A DNA stretch of 64,000 nt, taken from positions 969,120 through 1,033,119 of the forward strand of contig NW_004797496.1 in assembly GCF_000002075.1 (NCBI RefSeq). Reading direction: 5' to 3'. This stretch comes from Aplysia californica (lineage: Eukaryota). The notes under the pieces are model-generated. The model was not told the origin of the DNA and did no database searches. It was given only the letters and a program-made list of their open reading frames with translations. Position 1 is the first letter of the stretch. Every line of letters begins with the position of its first letter. Shown piece after piece: positions 50,101-63,894 of this stretch. A program made the position numbers and the translations under genes.

Positions 50101-53080
50101 GGAAGACCATTGCCCCACCCACAGAGCAGGCGCCCACGTAGATGGCCAGGCGGTTCAGACTGGGGATATTACCCACAATGCCTCCTACAATCCCTCCCAC
50201 AAACTCCCCCAGCCCGAAGAGTGTGAGCATGAGAGAGGCCTCCATCTTGGAGTGTCCCACCGATCGGAAGAACTCGGGGCCGAAAGCGATGTAGATGGCA
50301 GCACCCGCGTTCCACAGCACATTGCTGAAAAAATATAATGGTACTTTTTAACAGACAGTAAGTCGAGCACATCATAAATATTTAAAACACCCGAACTGCA
50401 TAATTTGGTGATATGAGCGCGCGGGACACATTTAACATTTTCAGTTGGTAGGAAATTTTGAATTTTGCCCGGGTGGCAACTGAAGCCCAGTCTTATAGAT
50501 TTTAGAACAAAACCATGGGATTTTTAACATACGCAACTTGCACTAGGGACCTCCGAGATTTTTCGCCCTTGTCCAAGAAGGCTAGGTGTAGATCTTTCCT
50601 ACCAGAAGATCAGGAGAGTGGCTGAAAGACAGCAGTAAGAAGGGGCAAAGGAGGTAAAGGGGTGGGGGCAAAAAGTTGAGACGAAAGCAGACGACAGAAC
50701 ATTGCTAGAGGGCAGTAAAGGAGGGGAAAGGAGACAATTTTAGAGACCAAATTTTTCCGTGGCAACCCGTATTCAAACCCAGGACCTTTGAATGAGATTT
50801 TATTTATTGCAACTGCACAAGTTCATACATAACAAATAACAGTTGTAACTCACTGCCAACCAACACCACATACACTGCGGTCAAAGTTCCGTTTCAACTG
50901 CCTACATCCGCTGCAGCCCCTGAAGTTTCGGAGTTCAGAATTTATAAACTGCAGTATTACAACAGGTATTATATTAATGACTCAAGTCATTTACTTGAGT
51001 CACAATGATTTTTTAAAAAACACATTGACATGGTTGGCACACAGGGATAGCAATAAGAAATATGATATGAAGGAAGTGAGTTAATATCATGAGAAAGCTA
51101 TTTTAACTGGAAATCTGCTCATTATGTAAAAATTACTCTTTATGTAAAATGTACAAGTTTTCTTTAACTCATTCGCTACATATTATTTTCTGCTTGCGTA
51201 CGAATTTTTTTCGGAAAGGCGAAATGAGATGATGACTAGTGCGCAGTTCAAAGGTCTTCGGGGCCACAAATTCAAATAAATATTAACATATTATGCACCG
51301 AAATTTTCAGTATGATTTGTAGAATACATCTGTAACGTTTGTTTGTGTATTTTTCAACTTTGGTTCCTGTAAGAGGCGATTATGCAACACAATTTTTCTT
51401 GGATGCGGATAAAATTTGAAAATAAAAAATTAATCATCTTCGGTGAAACTCAAAAAATATGTTTACACCTAGTCAAATGATACATAAAAATCACCATAAA
51501 TGAATAGAGAACTGGAAAATATTGAAAAATTTGCAGTTATTTATATACATTCCATAAAATTTGCACATTTAGATCTTGACATCCGATATTGAAAAAAAAA
51601 ATTAAAAATTTTATAATCTTGAAAAATGGACAAGATGCCTTCACAAACAGAAAAAAACCACTTGTGTCGTGTATGGAATTATTCAGAACCGTATTTGTAA
51701 TAAACCTACACATGTCTTGAGTGGTACTTTTTGTGTAATTTCACAAAAATATTGATTTTTGGGAGAATAAAATAATATGACAGTTTAGATCTAGATCTAG
51801 CACTGAAAAATAATGATTCCTCAATAACAGAACAGTGGCAATTTGAGCCCATTTGTATCAGTATTCTAAAGAAGAGTCCTACATTTCTTTGGTGTGCAAA
51901 ATAATGATGTATTTTGTTGTGAAAAGGGTGTAAGACTGGTGTGTGGGCTATAATTTGAACATCGCGATAAAACAAAGTCGCATACACTTCGAAATCGTGT
52001 TTCAAAACTGAATCAAAACTTCCGATTTTTGGTGGAAAAACGCTTGAACAGGAAGTCAACATTATATATGACCTTTATTTTAACATGGATATATGGATTG
52101 GAATAGAATCTAAGCTAAAATTGAGGATCGGTTCTCGAGCCGCCGGGGGCGGCTTAGCGTACTGACGACACTTTAGCCGCGCCGCCCCCCACGGCTCGGC
52201 GTAGCGAATGAGGAATGAGTTAAAGCTGGTTACGGGAAGCTATGGCATAAACATAAACAAACAAAATACCTGACAAAATAGACGTTGAAGCCTAAGTCAC
52301 AACACAGGCAATACTCTTGTTTTATTCTTTGAGCTTTCGTAAGTTTCTGAAAAGTCAATCAAAATTGAAAGCAAAATGAGACAAGAGCATCACATTTCCA
52401 TTAGTAATGGAAAACAATCTCACAACACCTATAAGACAGGTGTTTACTAGACTGTCTTTGATCAAAATGCACTCACCCATGCTCAAAAATAGGACAGTGT
52501 GATGTAATAAACAGCAACAGGTTGTTTGTTTGAAGTAAGTAGTTGACTTGTTCTTTACCTTTCATGAATAATAATATGATTTTGTCTTATTTGTATGCCT
52601 TCGTAAACACCTCACTATTGAAAGATTAAAAGTTTTTTCGGTTTTTTTAGTAGAGGTTTTACGGCGCTCGCAATTGCATAAGGTCATCTGAGCGTCAAGG
52701 GGTGGATGTCAACAGAGAAGTCCTGACAGGGAATCAGACTTACTGTGCTCACCTCTCTAGCTTCAACAGCACAAGGTCTGCTTTGCTTTGACTATCAAGG
52801 CACCTCGGAAATAGTGGAACAAGAGTGTGACCAACATACAAAACAAATAGAGGCAAAATGTCGATAGTAAGGATTAAAAAAGAAAAAGCAGCAGTTCCCT
52901 GTTGCAGTTTAGGCATAGTTATGAGCATGACATTGATGAATCAGCCCATTTAAAATAACAATTCCACTGAGCACAAGAACTCAAGATGTTAATGTCCCCC
53001 CTTTGGGATTGGCTTAAAGACACTTCAGTCAGTAGCACCGCCCCGCGGGGGTTAAAGATTGAAAGTAAAGGAATACGACC

Positions 53081-53111
<31 letters not shown>

Positions 53112-56100
53112 TCTCATATTTAAAAAAAAAAAATTAATAATGTCCCTTTGTAATAATACAACAGCCCTTTGGTTTGCAGTCTTGTACCCAGTATTAAGCT
53201 TTTGAATAACAATACCAAGACTACTGGTACGAACAAAAAGAATATTCATTAAACCTCAAAATTGCAGCCATCTCTACAGAATACATAAAATCCACAGTCA
53301 GTAAAATAGAGAAAGGAATGAAAAAGTGTCTCTCCTCTCTCTGCCACACTCTTATTCTCAATACAACACCCCTTGCATCACACAGGCGAGCACTTAAAAA
53401 AATACAAACACACCTGTACAGGCTTACACACAAGAAAACAGGTTGCATTTTCATTCAGAGTTCTTACTCACACTTTACACTTCGGTGGCTGGATGCAAGA
53501 ATCTGACAAACGCCATATTGCAATGATTGTGGCATTTGTCGGCATCTTGCACCCAACCACCGACCTTTCGCTACCTCAGACTTACAAAGTTCTATCTGAA
53601 ATTTTGTTCTTTTTTTTGGAGGGGGGGGGNNNNNNNNNNNNNNNNNNNNNNNNNNNNNNNNNNNNNNNNNNNNNNNNNNNNNNNNNNNNNNNNNNNNNNN
53701 NNNNNNNNNNNNNNNNNNNNNNNNNNNNNGGGGGGTCATTTTGAGTTACTGAGACCATGAGGTAAGAAATCAATAAAATTAATGTTCTTTCTCCTCTACC
53801 AAAGCTGTATGATTATTCGGAGTCGTTATCTAGATATTCAAAGAACTGCGTTCGAAAAAGCTTGACAAGATATGAAATTCGAAATCTTTGACGTCAAATT
53901 TCTCACAACTGAGCTATAAAAACTCCTGTAGGCACAGATCCACCTACCTGTGGGGTGTTGTCCTGCTCTGTGGATGCGCTGTCTTCCACTGGTGGTTGTG
54001 GGGGTGGTGGTCGCAACAACATGGCAAATATAAAGATGTGCAAGTTGAGACCCGCTAAGAAGATCAAGGAACCTTTCCAGGAGTATTCTTCAATCAGAAA
54101 ACTGCAGAAAGAAAAAATAAAGACAAATCCTCAATATCATTATCATGTAGGCCTACATCCTTTTTAATAAAAAATCTAATTGAGGACAAAATTTCTTCTC
54201 TTATCAGCCATTTCTTGGGATATCTTCCAGAAGCAAAGTTTCTACAGTTTCTACACTTTCTGTACATATTATTTACACACTGTCATAGTCCAACACGTGG
54301 ACAACATATGGATTCAAACCTGTACCTTCCATATGGTCGACCAAGTCAGTATCTTACAACACCACAGCAGCTGCCTCAGTGGGACACAACAAGTGGAACA
54401 ATAACGACTTCTCAGAACTTATTACTTCCGCTCAATCTTCCAATTTATTTCTAGTCATCATCATTATCAAGTGCCAGACCTACGACAGACATCGGAGATC
54501 ATGGTTCTCCATTCATTCTTTTGCTCGGAAGCTCTTAAAAAAGCTACATTACTTTGATCTTTCCCCGTTACCCATTTATTTAGATTCCCTAAGTAGGTTG
54601 CTCTGGGCCTACCCCTGCTTCATGTGCCTTCAATTTTTCCAGTGAGAGCTAGATGTTCAAGACCTTTATGTCTATTCAGGTGTCCCAAAACCTGCATTTG
54701 TCGTTTTCTGTATGTCTTTAACAGTGAGCGTGCCATGTGGGCTTCATCTAGTACCAAAGCCTGAAATTACTCAAGAGCTTCATACCTGATGAGAGGAGGA
54801 AAGACTGCGGTACCTAAGCCAGAACCACTGGTGGCCAGCCCTGTTGCCAGGCTGCGATATTTGTTGTAGTACAGACCACTCAAAGTGTGAGACGGAGCGT
54901 AGGCGAAGCAGCCGCCAAGACCTGGAAAACAGACAACATGCAGGATTCATTCAAGACAAAAAGTCGTTGACCAAAAGGAAGCATATTATTTTAAATGTTT
55001 CCATTTTAACGATTTTAAAAACAGAACCATGCTTTCAGTAGCATAAGCAAATTAAACGTTTTGAGATTTACACTTCAAAATGAGTACATGATATGTATCA
55101 ACTATTCTAGTTATGTTAATATTAAAAAGAAAGGATCTCATTCAATTTCGTTACATGAATAGATTCACACAACAATTTGTTAAAGAACAACTTCTTGAAA
55201 TAAAAAAAGGAGAAATAAAAAGCTACATTCCTCCATAAACCTTAAATGAGTCAAATCTTGGTAAAAAAAAAGAGCACAGCTTTCCAAAAGCATCACTCAT
55301 ACCTTTCAGGCCTGCCGGAAAGAATGGAAGAAGGTACTGGGACATATACTCACCAACAAAACAACAACATTAAACAAAGCAGACTATCTACTCACCAACA
55401 AAAACCCCATAAAACGGAATCATGGCTCGAAGACTCTGCAGCCAGGGCATAACAAAGAGGCCCACAGCCATCAAGGCAGCACCAAGCAGAGCCACTGCCC
55501 GGTGAGAATACTTGGATGCCAACCAGTTGGCCAGCAGTCCTGAGACAGGAGATGGAAAGGAAGTGGAGTAGGTAGTCAAGACAAGAAGTGGAGATTATAA
55601 AAGGAATACTATAATGTGATAATCTTAAATTGAAGATTAATTTATAGTCTTCAGCTGCGACTGTTAAAGGCTAATATGGAAGGCAGTAGTTACTGGTGGT
55701 ACAAGTTTGCCAGCGTTGCAAAAATTTCTTACATTTAAGAGAACTGTTGCAGAAAAAATGTGCACTTTGTAATGAGATGTTTGTATTACACCCATGAGGG
55801 AGATAAGAAATGAGAATAAAAAGTGCATCTTCTGCAGCAGATAATTAGGCTGAAGAGTGAAAGCAAAAATTCAACTGAATTAACAACAGACACTTTCATA
55901 GCATACCTAAGACATTTTTAAAAAGACTGCTTATGTTTCTATGAAAAAGAAAATAAAATGTCTTCAACAATGACAACTGCGATGTCTATGTCAGAGCATG
56001 GAGTGCAAAAATCAGAAAATACTCACCACGGAGGAGCATACCTTACACAGTCTTATAAAAATGTAATTGAAAGGATATTGCGCCTGCCATTGTGTATAAT

Positions 56101-58015
56101 GAAACCATTCAGGTTGACTGCTTCCTTTCTTCAGTTTTAGTCAGAGCTTTACGGCATTTGCAATACAAAAAGATCATAAAAGTGCAAAAGATAAGAGCTG
56201 TTACAACATAGTAACAAACACAAAAAAGAAGGACGAGAGATAAGGACAATACATGTTTGATGGGAAAGAAGGAGCAAACCACACCAAACCACCCGCCAAC
56301 CACTTATTGGCTGCTTGACCCCTGCCCATCAGGGCCAACCCGTGTTGAGTGGGATACAACATCCAAGCAGATATACAGAGATACTTGATGACAAACATCC
56401 CCCGGCAAGGAACTGAACTCAGGTCTTTTGTGTGTAATAGAGAAAATTCGAACCACTACACCGTCCTAAGTTGATAAAACGCCTTTTTTTCTTCACAACA
56501 GTTTCAAGAAAAAGAAGCTTTTTTGTCAGCATAACCATTGAAAATAGAGTTCTTCTGAAATTTGAATTCAAATTTATTCAAACACTAGTCACATTTTCAC
56601 TTTGATTTTGTCACACAAGTAGGGTAACAGATTAGGCTTTCGGTTTAGCCAAAAAACTAAACATTTTGGCGTCAAAATGAAAAAAGGCATTTTGTCAGCA
56701 TACGGCAGTACACCATGGCACCTATCATAAAAACAATCTTTGAACATACCTCCGCCCATGAAGAAAGCGATGTTGATGGAAGTCATGAGGGAGACCCCTG
56801 TGACATCATTGTTGAAGTAGTTCAGGAACTCCACATTGTAAACTCCAATGGAGCAGCCTGTACCAAATGCAAACACCTGCAGGAGAGTTTTGTTATAGTA
56901 AGAGTTTCACTGCACTTGCAACATAATTAGGTCATATAAGTGACAAAGAATAGATGTGTTACAAGAGAGTGACATACACAAAAAAGAAGGAGGAGAGATA
57001 AGGATGATAGATGTTTGATAAGAAAGAAGGAGCAAACCACACCAGAGCACCCGCCAACCAGCCACACCAGCAGGAAAGTTACACAGACAAAAATTCAATT
57101 TAAAGACATGATCCATGACACGGCATTCACTTCATTCAGTTACAGATACCAGACTGATGAGGATCGAGACATTAATTTTGGTTTGAAAAGTAATACCTCC
57201 TAAAATTGATCATGAATACACATGTACTGGGTTTTGGGAAATCAAGGCCCAAGTCTTCACACGCCAATTGGGTGCACGTGATGTGCACTTGGATCCTTGC
57301 AGCATGAAGAAAATCTGGTCAAGGTAGCTCACAGATAGCTTACTTTGTACCTGGAGTAAAAGTAAAGCTGCCCCCCCCCCTACTCCCCCCCCCCCATTTT
57401 GAACTTCCTTGACCTAATCTAAGCTGCAACATGTACAGCATCCATGAGGGTCACAGTGGGGTTGCAAGGTATGTCTGACAAGAATAAGATACAGTGGGCT
57501 GTGAATGTCAAGATGCATCAAGTATCAAGACTCCAAGAAAGGACAGAGTGGTTTAGTTTTAGTAAGAGTTTTACGGCACTTGCAACAACACAATAAGGTC
57601 ATATAAGTTAAGTGCCGAAGAATAGATGTGTTAGTGTTACAAGAGAGTAACATACACAAGAAAAAAGGAGGAGAGATACGGATGATAGATTTTTTATAGG
57701 AAAGAAGGAGCAAACCACACCAGAGCGCCCACCAACCACCGATAAGGACAGAGTGTGAGTCTTGAAATCAAAACCAAAAAAAAGGAAAATTTGTCAGAGC
57801 CATCATTATATAACAATCACCACATTAGGTCTATACTATACATGCACACATTTTTTTACCTGAATCATGAAGGCTGAGATAATAATGACGAGCCCCCAAG
57901 GGCCTCCTTCGTCCAGGCTATTGACTGATGTCACACTTTTAGAATCTTCTCTTGGTGCCACTTGTGTGTCCGGCAGCACCTGCACATCTCCACCCCCATT
58001 TTCTACACTCTCCAT
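47160..58015 (-). CDS. SLC16 / monocarboxylate-transporter family MFS protein, about 619 aa, exons: 58015-57860, 56876-56750, 55539-55396, 54921-54786, 54101-53948, 52346-52270, 50324-49909, 47809-47160
   Basis: GT-AG introns, phases consistent (sum 1860 nt). MCT signatures: DEGGPWGL (variant of DGGWGW), YYNKYRSLATGLATSGSGLG, IEEYSWKGSLIFLAG, LLRPP, GAFMGPPIAG|VFQDTFGTYEQALYFSG; multiple hydrophobic TM segments and a long polar C-terminal tail. An extra central-loop exon near the gap at 53630-53729 cannot be excluded. Confidence 0.9.
47940..49642. mobile_element. Mutator (MULE)-like non-autonomous DNA transposon in the last intron of the SLC16 gene
   Basis: About 50-bp TIRs GGCAGCC(T/G)GTATTTTCACGACATGTCG; exact 9-bp TSD TGAAAAATA at 47931-47939 and 49643-49651; splits a degenerate AATAACCTTTACAAA minisatellite. 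Confidence 0.85.
51168..52219. mobile_element. piggyBac-like non-autonomous element
   Basis: TTAA at 51164-51167 and 52220-52223; TIR CTCATTCGCTAC / GTAGCGAATGAG (with a 7-bp GAATGAG duplication at the right end); GC-rich subterminal repeats. Confidence 0.8.
57552..57740. repeat. Dispersed ~190-bp interspersed repeat (SINE-like, TTTAG-rich end)
   Basis: TTTAGTAAGAGTTTTACGGCACTTGCAACA..AATAAGGTCATATAAG..GAAAGAAGGAGCAAACCACACCAGAGC also at about 12625-12810, 34990-35135 (rc), 56130-56300, 56895-57062. Confidence 0.75.
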
Positions 58016-61000
58016 TGTTCTGGTCAGTCGCTTAAAACCACAGCTCAGAACAGCTAGCTCAGCGGAGAATCACTGAAGTCATAAAGAGAGAATAAAAGGG
58101 AACCAAAATAACACATATATATGGAGTTGTTGGTGTCAATTTAAAGCTTGTTTGGGTATATGTTTTGTTTTTGATGAAAAAATAAATACCCATCTATGAT
58201 GTTGAATAGAAGTCAAGATATTTGCAACTGAAGAAGGTTGGGGTCGCTAGGGTGTCAAGGGTAAATTTAATTAGCAACAAAAGGGCAGCTCTCACTAGAA
58301 TCCCCCAGATTTTTTTTAGGTCAGGGGGGGATCCACACATGAAGTATTTAATTAAGTTACAATTTGGGTACAAACAGCAAAATATCTGAAAATGAGACAG
58401 GTCCATATAAATCTGCCTTATTATTTCTTGAGTACATGAAACTGACCACATTAAAGAAACTGGAATTTTATTTAATTCAAAATTTTTGTTTAAATTAGTT
58501 TAACACCAGGCCAAGGATAACATATAATAATCATTACTTGGGGAAATTGCCTATATTCATAATATTACTTTGGGAGTGGGCTCTCATAGAGTAGATGTAT
58601 CGCCATGGTGTTTGCCTCTCATTCAATAGAGGTTCGAAACTTGACATGAGAGACTTGAGTGACAGAAAAATTTTCTTCTCTAAAACATTTTCTCCGAATT
58701 CACCTTTCCTGCTCTCTAATCATCATGTTCTGTCATATATGTTTTCGTCTCCACCTTCTGCCTCTTCCTCCCCTCCCCCCCCTCCACCACCCTTCTTTGC
58801 CCCCTCCCCTGGGCTCCTGTATTATACTCTTTCTGATCTGCCTTTCAACTGATGCTACTCCGTGGCTCCTACATTTTTTACTGCTTGCTGTCTTTCAGCC
58901 ACACCTCTTACGGTAGGTAGAATCAAACACCAAGCCTTCTCAGATAACTTAGGCGAAAAAATCTCAGTCGAGGTCCCAAGTGCAAGTTGGGCACGAGATC
59001 CCTTTGGTGGTCATAGAATCGCTGTAGGCTTCGGCCGCCATTCGCGTAAAATTCAGCAGACGAAGTCCAAACTGGCTTACTCTGCTCACCTCTCTAGCCT
59101 CCACAGCACAAAAAAGCCTGCTCAACTATCATTCAAGGAACCCCGGAAATAGCAGTTCAGAAGAGAGTGACATACATGACATACAATAGAAATAGAAATA
59201 GAGGTAAAATGACGATAGTAAGGATTCAAGGGAAAAAAAAAGCACTTTCCCCCTATGTTGTTCCGGCATTGATAAATCAGCCCATACAGTCCTACCTGCT
59301 GTGCATAAAAACATGTTGATATCCTCTCTTTGGGAAAGGCCTATTTTGACAACTTCAGTCAGTAGCACAGCCCTGGGCAGTGGGGGGATTCATCTGCTGA
59401 GTATCAACGTACAACAACGCTACCCCTCTGACCGCCAACATAAAATTGCAGCCTCGAGATTAACCTACGCTACGGTTTGCAAAAATTAAGATTCAAGAGG
59501 AGAATAAGGTGTCTAATCCCTTCATTAAATTTGAAAAAAAACGTGCATACCGAGAGCGGTAACGATAACGGTAGTGGTGTCAATATATAATAAGGTAGAT
59601 CTACTTACTTAACTTTATAACCCGCTAAACTAACCCAGTTACACAAGAAAAGAAGGCTAAAAGTAAGGCGTCAACGAAATTTGCACGCTCGCACCTAAAA
59701 TCTACACATTCAAAAAACTCTTTTGGCTAGATTTAGATCTAGATCTAGATCTAGATCTATATCAGATTCTAATCATACTCAAATTTTGGGATTAAAGTGG
59801 CGATCCAACTGCACCATCGGCCATATCTACAGGTGTACAGACCACACAACAACAAGGTGTTTCACGGTATTGTTTACAAAAATTAATATTATCAAAACCT
59901 TGACCCTGATATTAGTGACATACTTTTCCTTTCGAAATGAAGTAATACTACTTTCCGGAATGACACAAATAGGTATATGTACAATTTTAAGCTGACACAA
60001 TATAATTATAACAAGCAAACTGCTATTTAGAATCTAGGAGCGATGAAAACAAAATATCAAAGGCCAAAAACTGCTATTGACACTCAATGAAAGTACTAGA
60101 TCTAGATCTAGATCTAGACTAGTGATAGATCTAGCTTCATCAATACAAAAGGTAGGTCTAACGTTAAAAACCTAAGAGCTATTAAAACAATAAATTACAA
60201 TAGGCTAAACCCTTTTGAACAAGGACGTAAAGTCATTGCCCAGTGTGCATCTTAATCTTATATTGTACTTAATTTCGGTGCACTGTATCGGTAATTGCAG
60301 TTTATGAAGATAATGTCAATATTCAGTTTTATTATATCAATGCGTAACGGTATTTAGTTTTGTTCTCTGTGTGTCTGTTTCCGGTGTAAACAAGCGTCCA
60401 TAGAAACAAGTTGTGCGAGTTGACCAACAATCAAGATTTTACTTTGCTATCAAAGGAGCTACATGGCCAATGTCTTTGGCGTATATTATCGCGGGCTTAT
60501 AACTGTGTTCAGCTGTTTTCATTCGATAAAACAAAAGCAAATGATTTGTCAGCTCTGCAACTGATGTAACGACTACTGCAAAGTGTTCGCTCCACACGCT
60601 CTGATCTATTATACCAAGGCCTACTTTACTTCTAGTCTGCTTGTACTTGTAAGCCAACAATCTCGCTTAAAAGTCGATCAAATTTTACCAAATTTCACTC
60701 ATATAACAAACATAGTAAGGAGTCTTAAAATCCACAATTAAGTTTGAGGAAAGTGTTCCGTTTCCATGGCTACAGTGGCCATATATATTGGATTTTATTG
60801 ATTTTATGTAGTGAAACCACACTTATTTTAAATTGAAATGTATTGTTTGTTTGTTTTTTGCCTGCATTTTACCAAACCTTAGACCTACAAATTTATCAGT
60901 TGATTTTTTTTCTTCTAAAGAAGTTAAAAGTAAGATTTTTAATGAATTTTTTTCCAGAAGTAGATTTAGAATCTAGTCAAGTTTGCAGATAATCCAATGA

Positions 61001-61091
61001 AAATCCACACTCCAGCAACAAAAATCTATTCTATATATAAAAAATTCAACCGAGAGAATTTTAGCATTACATATTCTCTTCATTCTGAGAA

Positions 61092-61425
61092 GATCGGTTG
61101 CTTAGTGGTATAGGCTCTCGGACTCGCAACTGAAAGGTCGTGGGTACGAATCCCGTCAGGGGCCCGACGTTGTGTCCTTTGGAAAGGCACTTTGCACAAA
61201 TTTTCCTCACTTCACTCAGGTGGAAATGGGTTCCCGGCTATAAACAGTGAACGATCTTGTCAGTTTGATAGTGTTTGAGCGCGTGAAATCTGCAGCTTGC
61301 ACTGTATGCTTCCGCGGACTGTTCTCACAGGATCTGCTGGGGTAATAATAGTTGTAAAGTGCATAGAGCATGCTCTTGAGCATGGATATGTGCTATATAT
61401 ATATGCAACTATTATTATTATTATA
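61092..61425 (+). mobile_element. tRNA-derived SINE, family 1
   Basis: tRNA-like head, same body as 11838-12195, (TTA)n tail. Confidence 0.8.
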
Positions 61426-61584
61426 AGATTCCATGAAGATTGGATGAAAAATGGTGGAGTTATTTTAAAAAGTGAATCGCAAAAATGCGTTTTGAGAAAA
61501 GTGAAAGATTGACTTTATGAGGATATGATGGAGACAAACATGCCCGGTATTTGAAGAAATAAGGCTTTAGGGGGTTCAAAACTA

Positions 61585-62292
61585 TGAATGGGCTTAAGCC
61601 TAGACATCAAGAAAACCAAAACAATGGTGATAAGCAGAAAAACTCCAACCCCAACATTCAATATAAAAATCAATGATGCCACGTACCCTCAAGCAAATAC
61701 AACATTAAAAATTTTTGGACCATTATATCATCAGATGAGAGATGTCATACCGAAATTGAAAGCTGCATTTTCCAAGCAAAAGCAACCTTCCACAAAATGA
61801 AATAGATACTCACAAGCATCAATTTGTCACTGGAAACAAGAAAAAGAGTACTGAAAAGTTACATACCGAGGCAATCCTATTATACGAGTGCGAAGCAAGG
61901 ACAATCAATAAACAGCTACTGAAAAGAACAATTGAGGCGACAGAGTTGTGGTTCAAAAGACACATGCTGTGTATCCCATGGACAGCTAGAAAAACAAATG
62001 AAGAAGTCTTGGTTGAAGCAAATTGTAGATGACAGCTTATGACGAATATATGAAAGCGACAGGCAAATTTCATTGGACACACAATGCGGAAAGAAGCATT
62101 GGAGAATATTGAAACAACAAGCAAGTTTGATGGAAAGAGAGGCAGAGGCAGACAGAGGGAAAAGATAATGAACAAGTTGACAACATGGCTGGGGGCAGCT
62201 AGAGCAACAGACATTGCTGCAATGCAAGACAGTGAAGTGGAGGTCCATAATCACCCACGCCAGTCGGCAAGGCACTGGATGATGATGATGAA
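61585..62292 (+). mobile_element. 5'-truncated degenerate LINE fragment
   Basis: GLSLDIKKTKTMVISR, ILLYECEA, WTARKTNEEVL, GKRGRGRQR; (GAT)n tail. Confidence 0.85.
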
Positions 62293-63146
62293 TGCTATGA
62301 AATAGTTGTAACAGAGGCTAAAGAAGCTTAAAATGACTACAGTTCAAAATCCATAATTTTGAGCCGACTCGGGACTTAAGGGGTATACCCCTCCCCCCCT
62401 TAATTATTTCTCCCTCGTGGGAATTTAAAATGGGAGGCCTATATGCCTCATACTCATACCCAGCAAAAAAGGATAGAATTAAGATATCGTCAACAGTATT
62501 TGAGAGCCTGTAAGATGGAAGTTTGCCCTGAAATCTTTTACAGTAAGCTGAGAATACCAGGAGATCTATTTCAACAAATATAGTTTTCTTCACGGCAATG
62601 AGCAGCTGGTGATTCTGTACTCAAAACCAAATGTACATTACCTAACACCTCTGTTATAATGGTTATGTAAGGTATCAGGATTTAGACATTTCCTTTCTTT
62701 TAATCAGTAGTCACTTTTCAATTTCATGTACTAGAGGGCAAAAATAAAACAAAGAGCCCTTTCAAGTGTGCCCAAAACATTTATTGTCAAAACTAGGTAG
62801 GCCTACTGAGCAGATAGAACTTTGTAATTCAACCGTAGCACACTGCTGTACTTTTAAACTATTTATAATACGTGCCGGCTCATGGTTTTTATGGAGGACC
62901 CAATAATTGACCTAAAAGATGGTTAAAAGAACAGAAGAAAATGTTACCTATTTCTTCCACTCTTATAACGCTCAATTTGCCAGATAGCATTCGTGAAATT
63001 AGTGTGTACCAGTGCAGTATTGTTAAATTATACGTTTTGAAATGGAAAAAATTATCTGAGTCCTAATCTCCTAACTTTTTAGAAGAAATAGCATTAATCA
63101 TTTTCCAATGAATTTAACAGAATTATTCTTTTCTTTCCAGTTAAAC

Positions 63147-63894
63147 ATGGCTGATCAAGATTCACCTCCCGATGCTTTCCTTTACACAGACCCGTCAAAA
63201 ACAAGAGGTGACTCTTTTCTATAAGATAAGATAAGATAAGATACATCTTTATTGTTACAGATCCTGGCTGAAATTTGATAATTTGCTAGCAAGGACCTAC
63301 CATTAAAATAGTCTGCAATGTAAATGGAAACATAATTTGATATTATTTCAAGAGATATTATGGCTTTTATATTCAGGTTTTGTACTTTTGATTTTTTTTC
63401 ATTCATAAAGCACAGACAGATGATGTTTGACCTCTAAAAGAAGAATAGTTCTGATGAGAGAGAAGTAAGTCGACACGACAATGGTCATATCAGGCTGATG
63501 AAAAGTAGGGAAATATGCACAAAAAAGCATAAAATACAAAAACTTAAACTAAGTTAGACAAACCAAAGATTCCATTCACCGTGCCTAAAAATATCATAGC
63601 AAAACTGCCTAATAGAAAATATATTTCAGCTACCATCTCTCTATACGGAGCATTCAGTGGCCACCACTAAGCACAGCATATAGGCCTACTTTTCCTTACA
63701 GTTTGCCTTATGATTTGTCTTTTCAGTTCACACCACCCAGCCTTCGCCTTCAGTGTTCACACCTGAACAAGCAGGCCACTTCGCACCTCGGCAACAATAT
63801 GGTTTTGAACAGCAGCAGCAACAGCAGCAGGCAATCCTTCAGTCTCAGCAGATGATGTCCACGATAATCAACTCCAACATTGTCTTTCCAGCGA
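63147..63894 (+). CDS. 5' part of an unidentified gene with Pro/Gln-rich N-terminus; exons 63147-63207 and 63727-~63890/63894; continues beyond the window
   Basis: Acceptor ttttctttccag at 63140, ATG in acATGg context, MADQDSPPDAFLYTDPSKTR G|gtgact; next acceptor ttttcag gives in-phase VHTTQPSPSVFTPEQAGHFAPRQQYGFEQQQQQQQAILQSQQMMSTIINSNIVFP. Resembles low-complexity N-termini of PLAC8/cornifelin-like proteins, but no diagnostic domain is visible. Confidence 0.6.

Noticed and set aside
53466-53596. Possible extra SLC16 loop exon (IELCKSEVAKG...)
   Set aside because: Phase does not fit with the strong donor, and the 53948->52346 junction is already in frame; left unresolved next to an N-gap.
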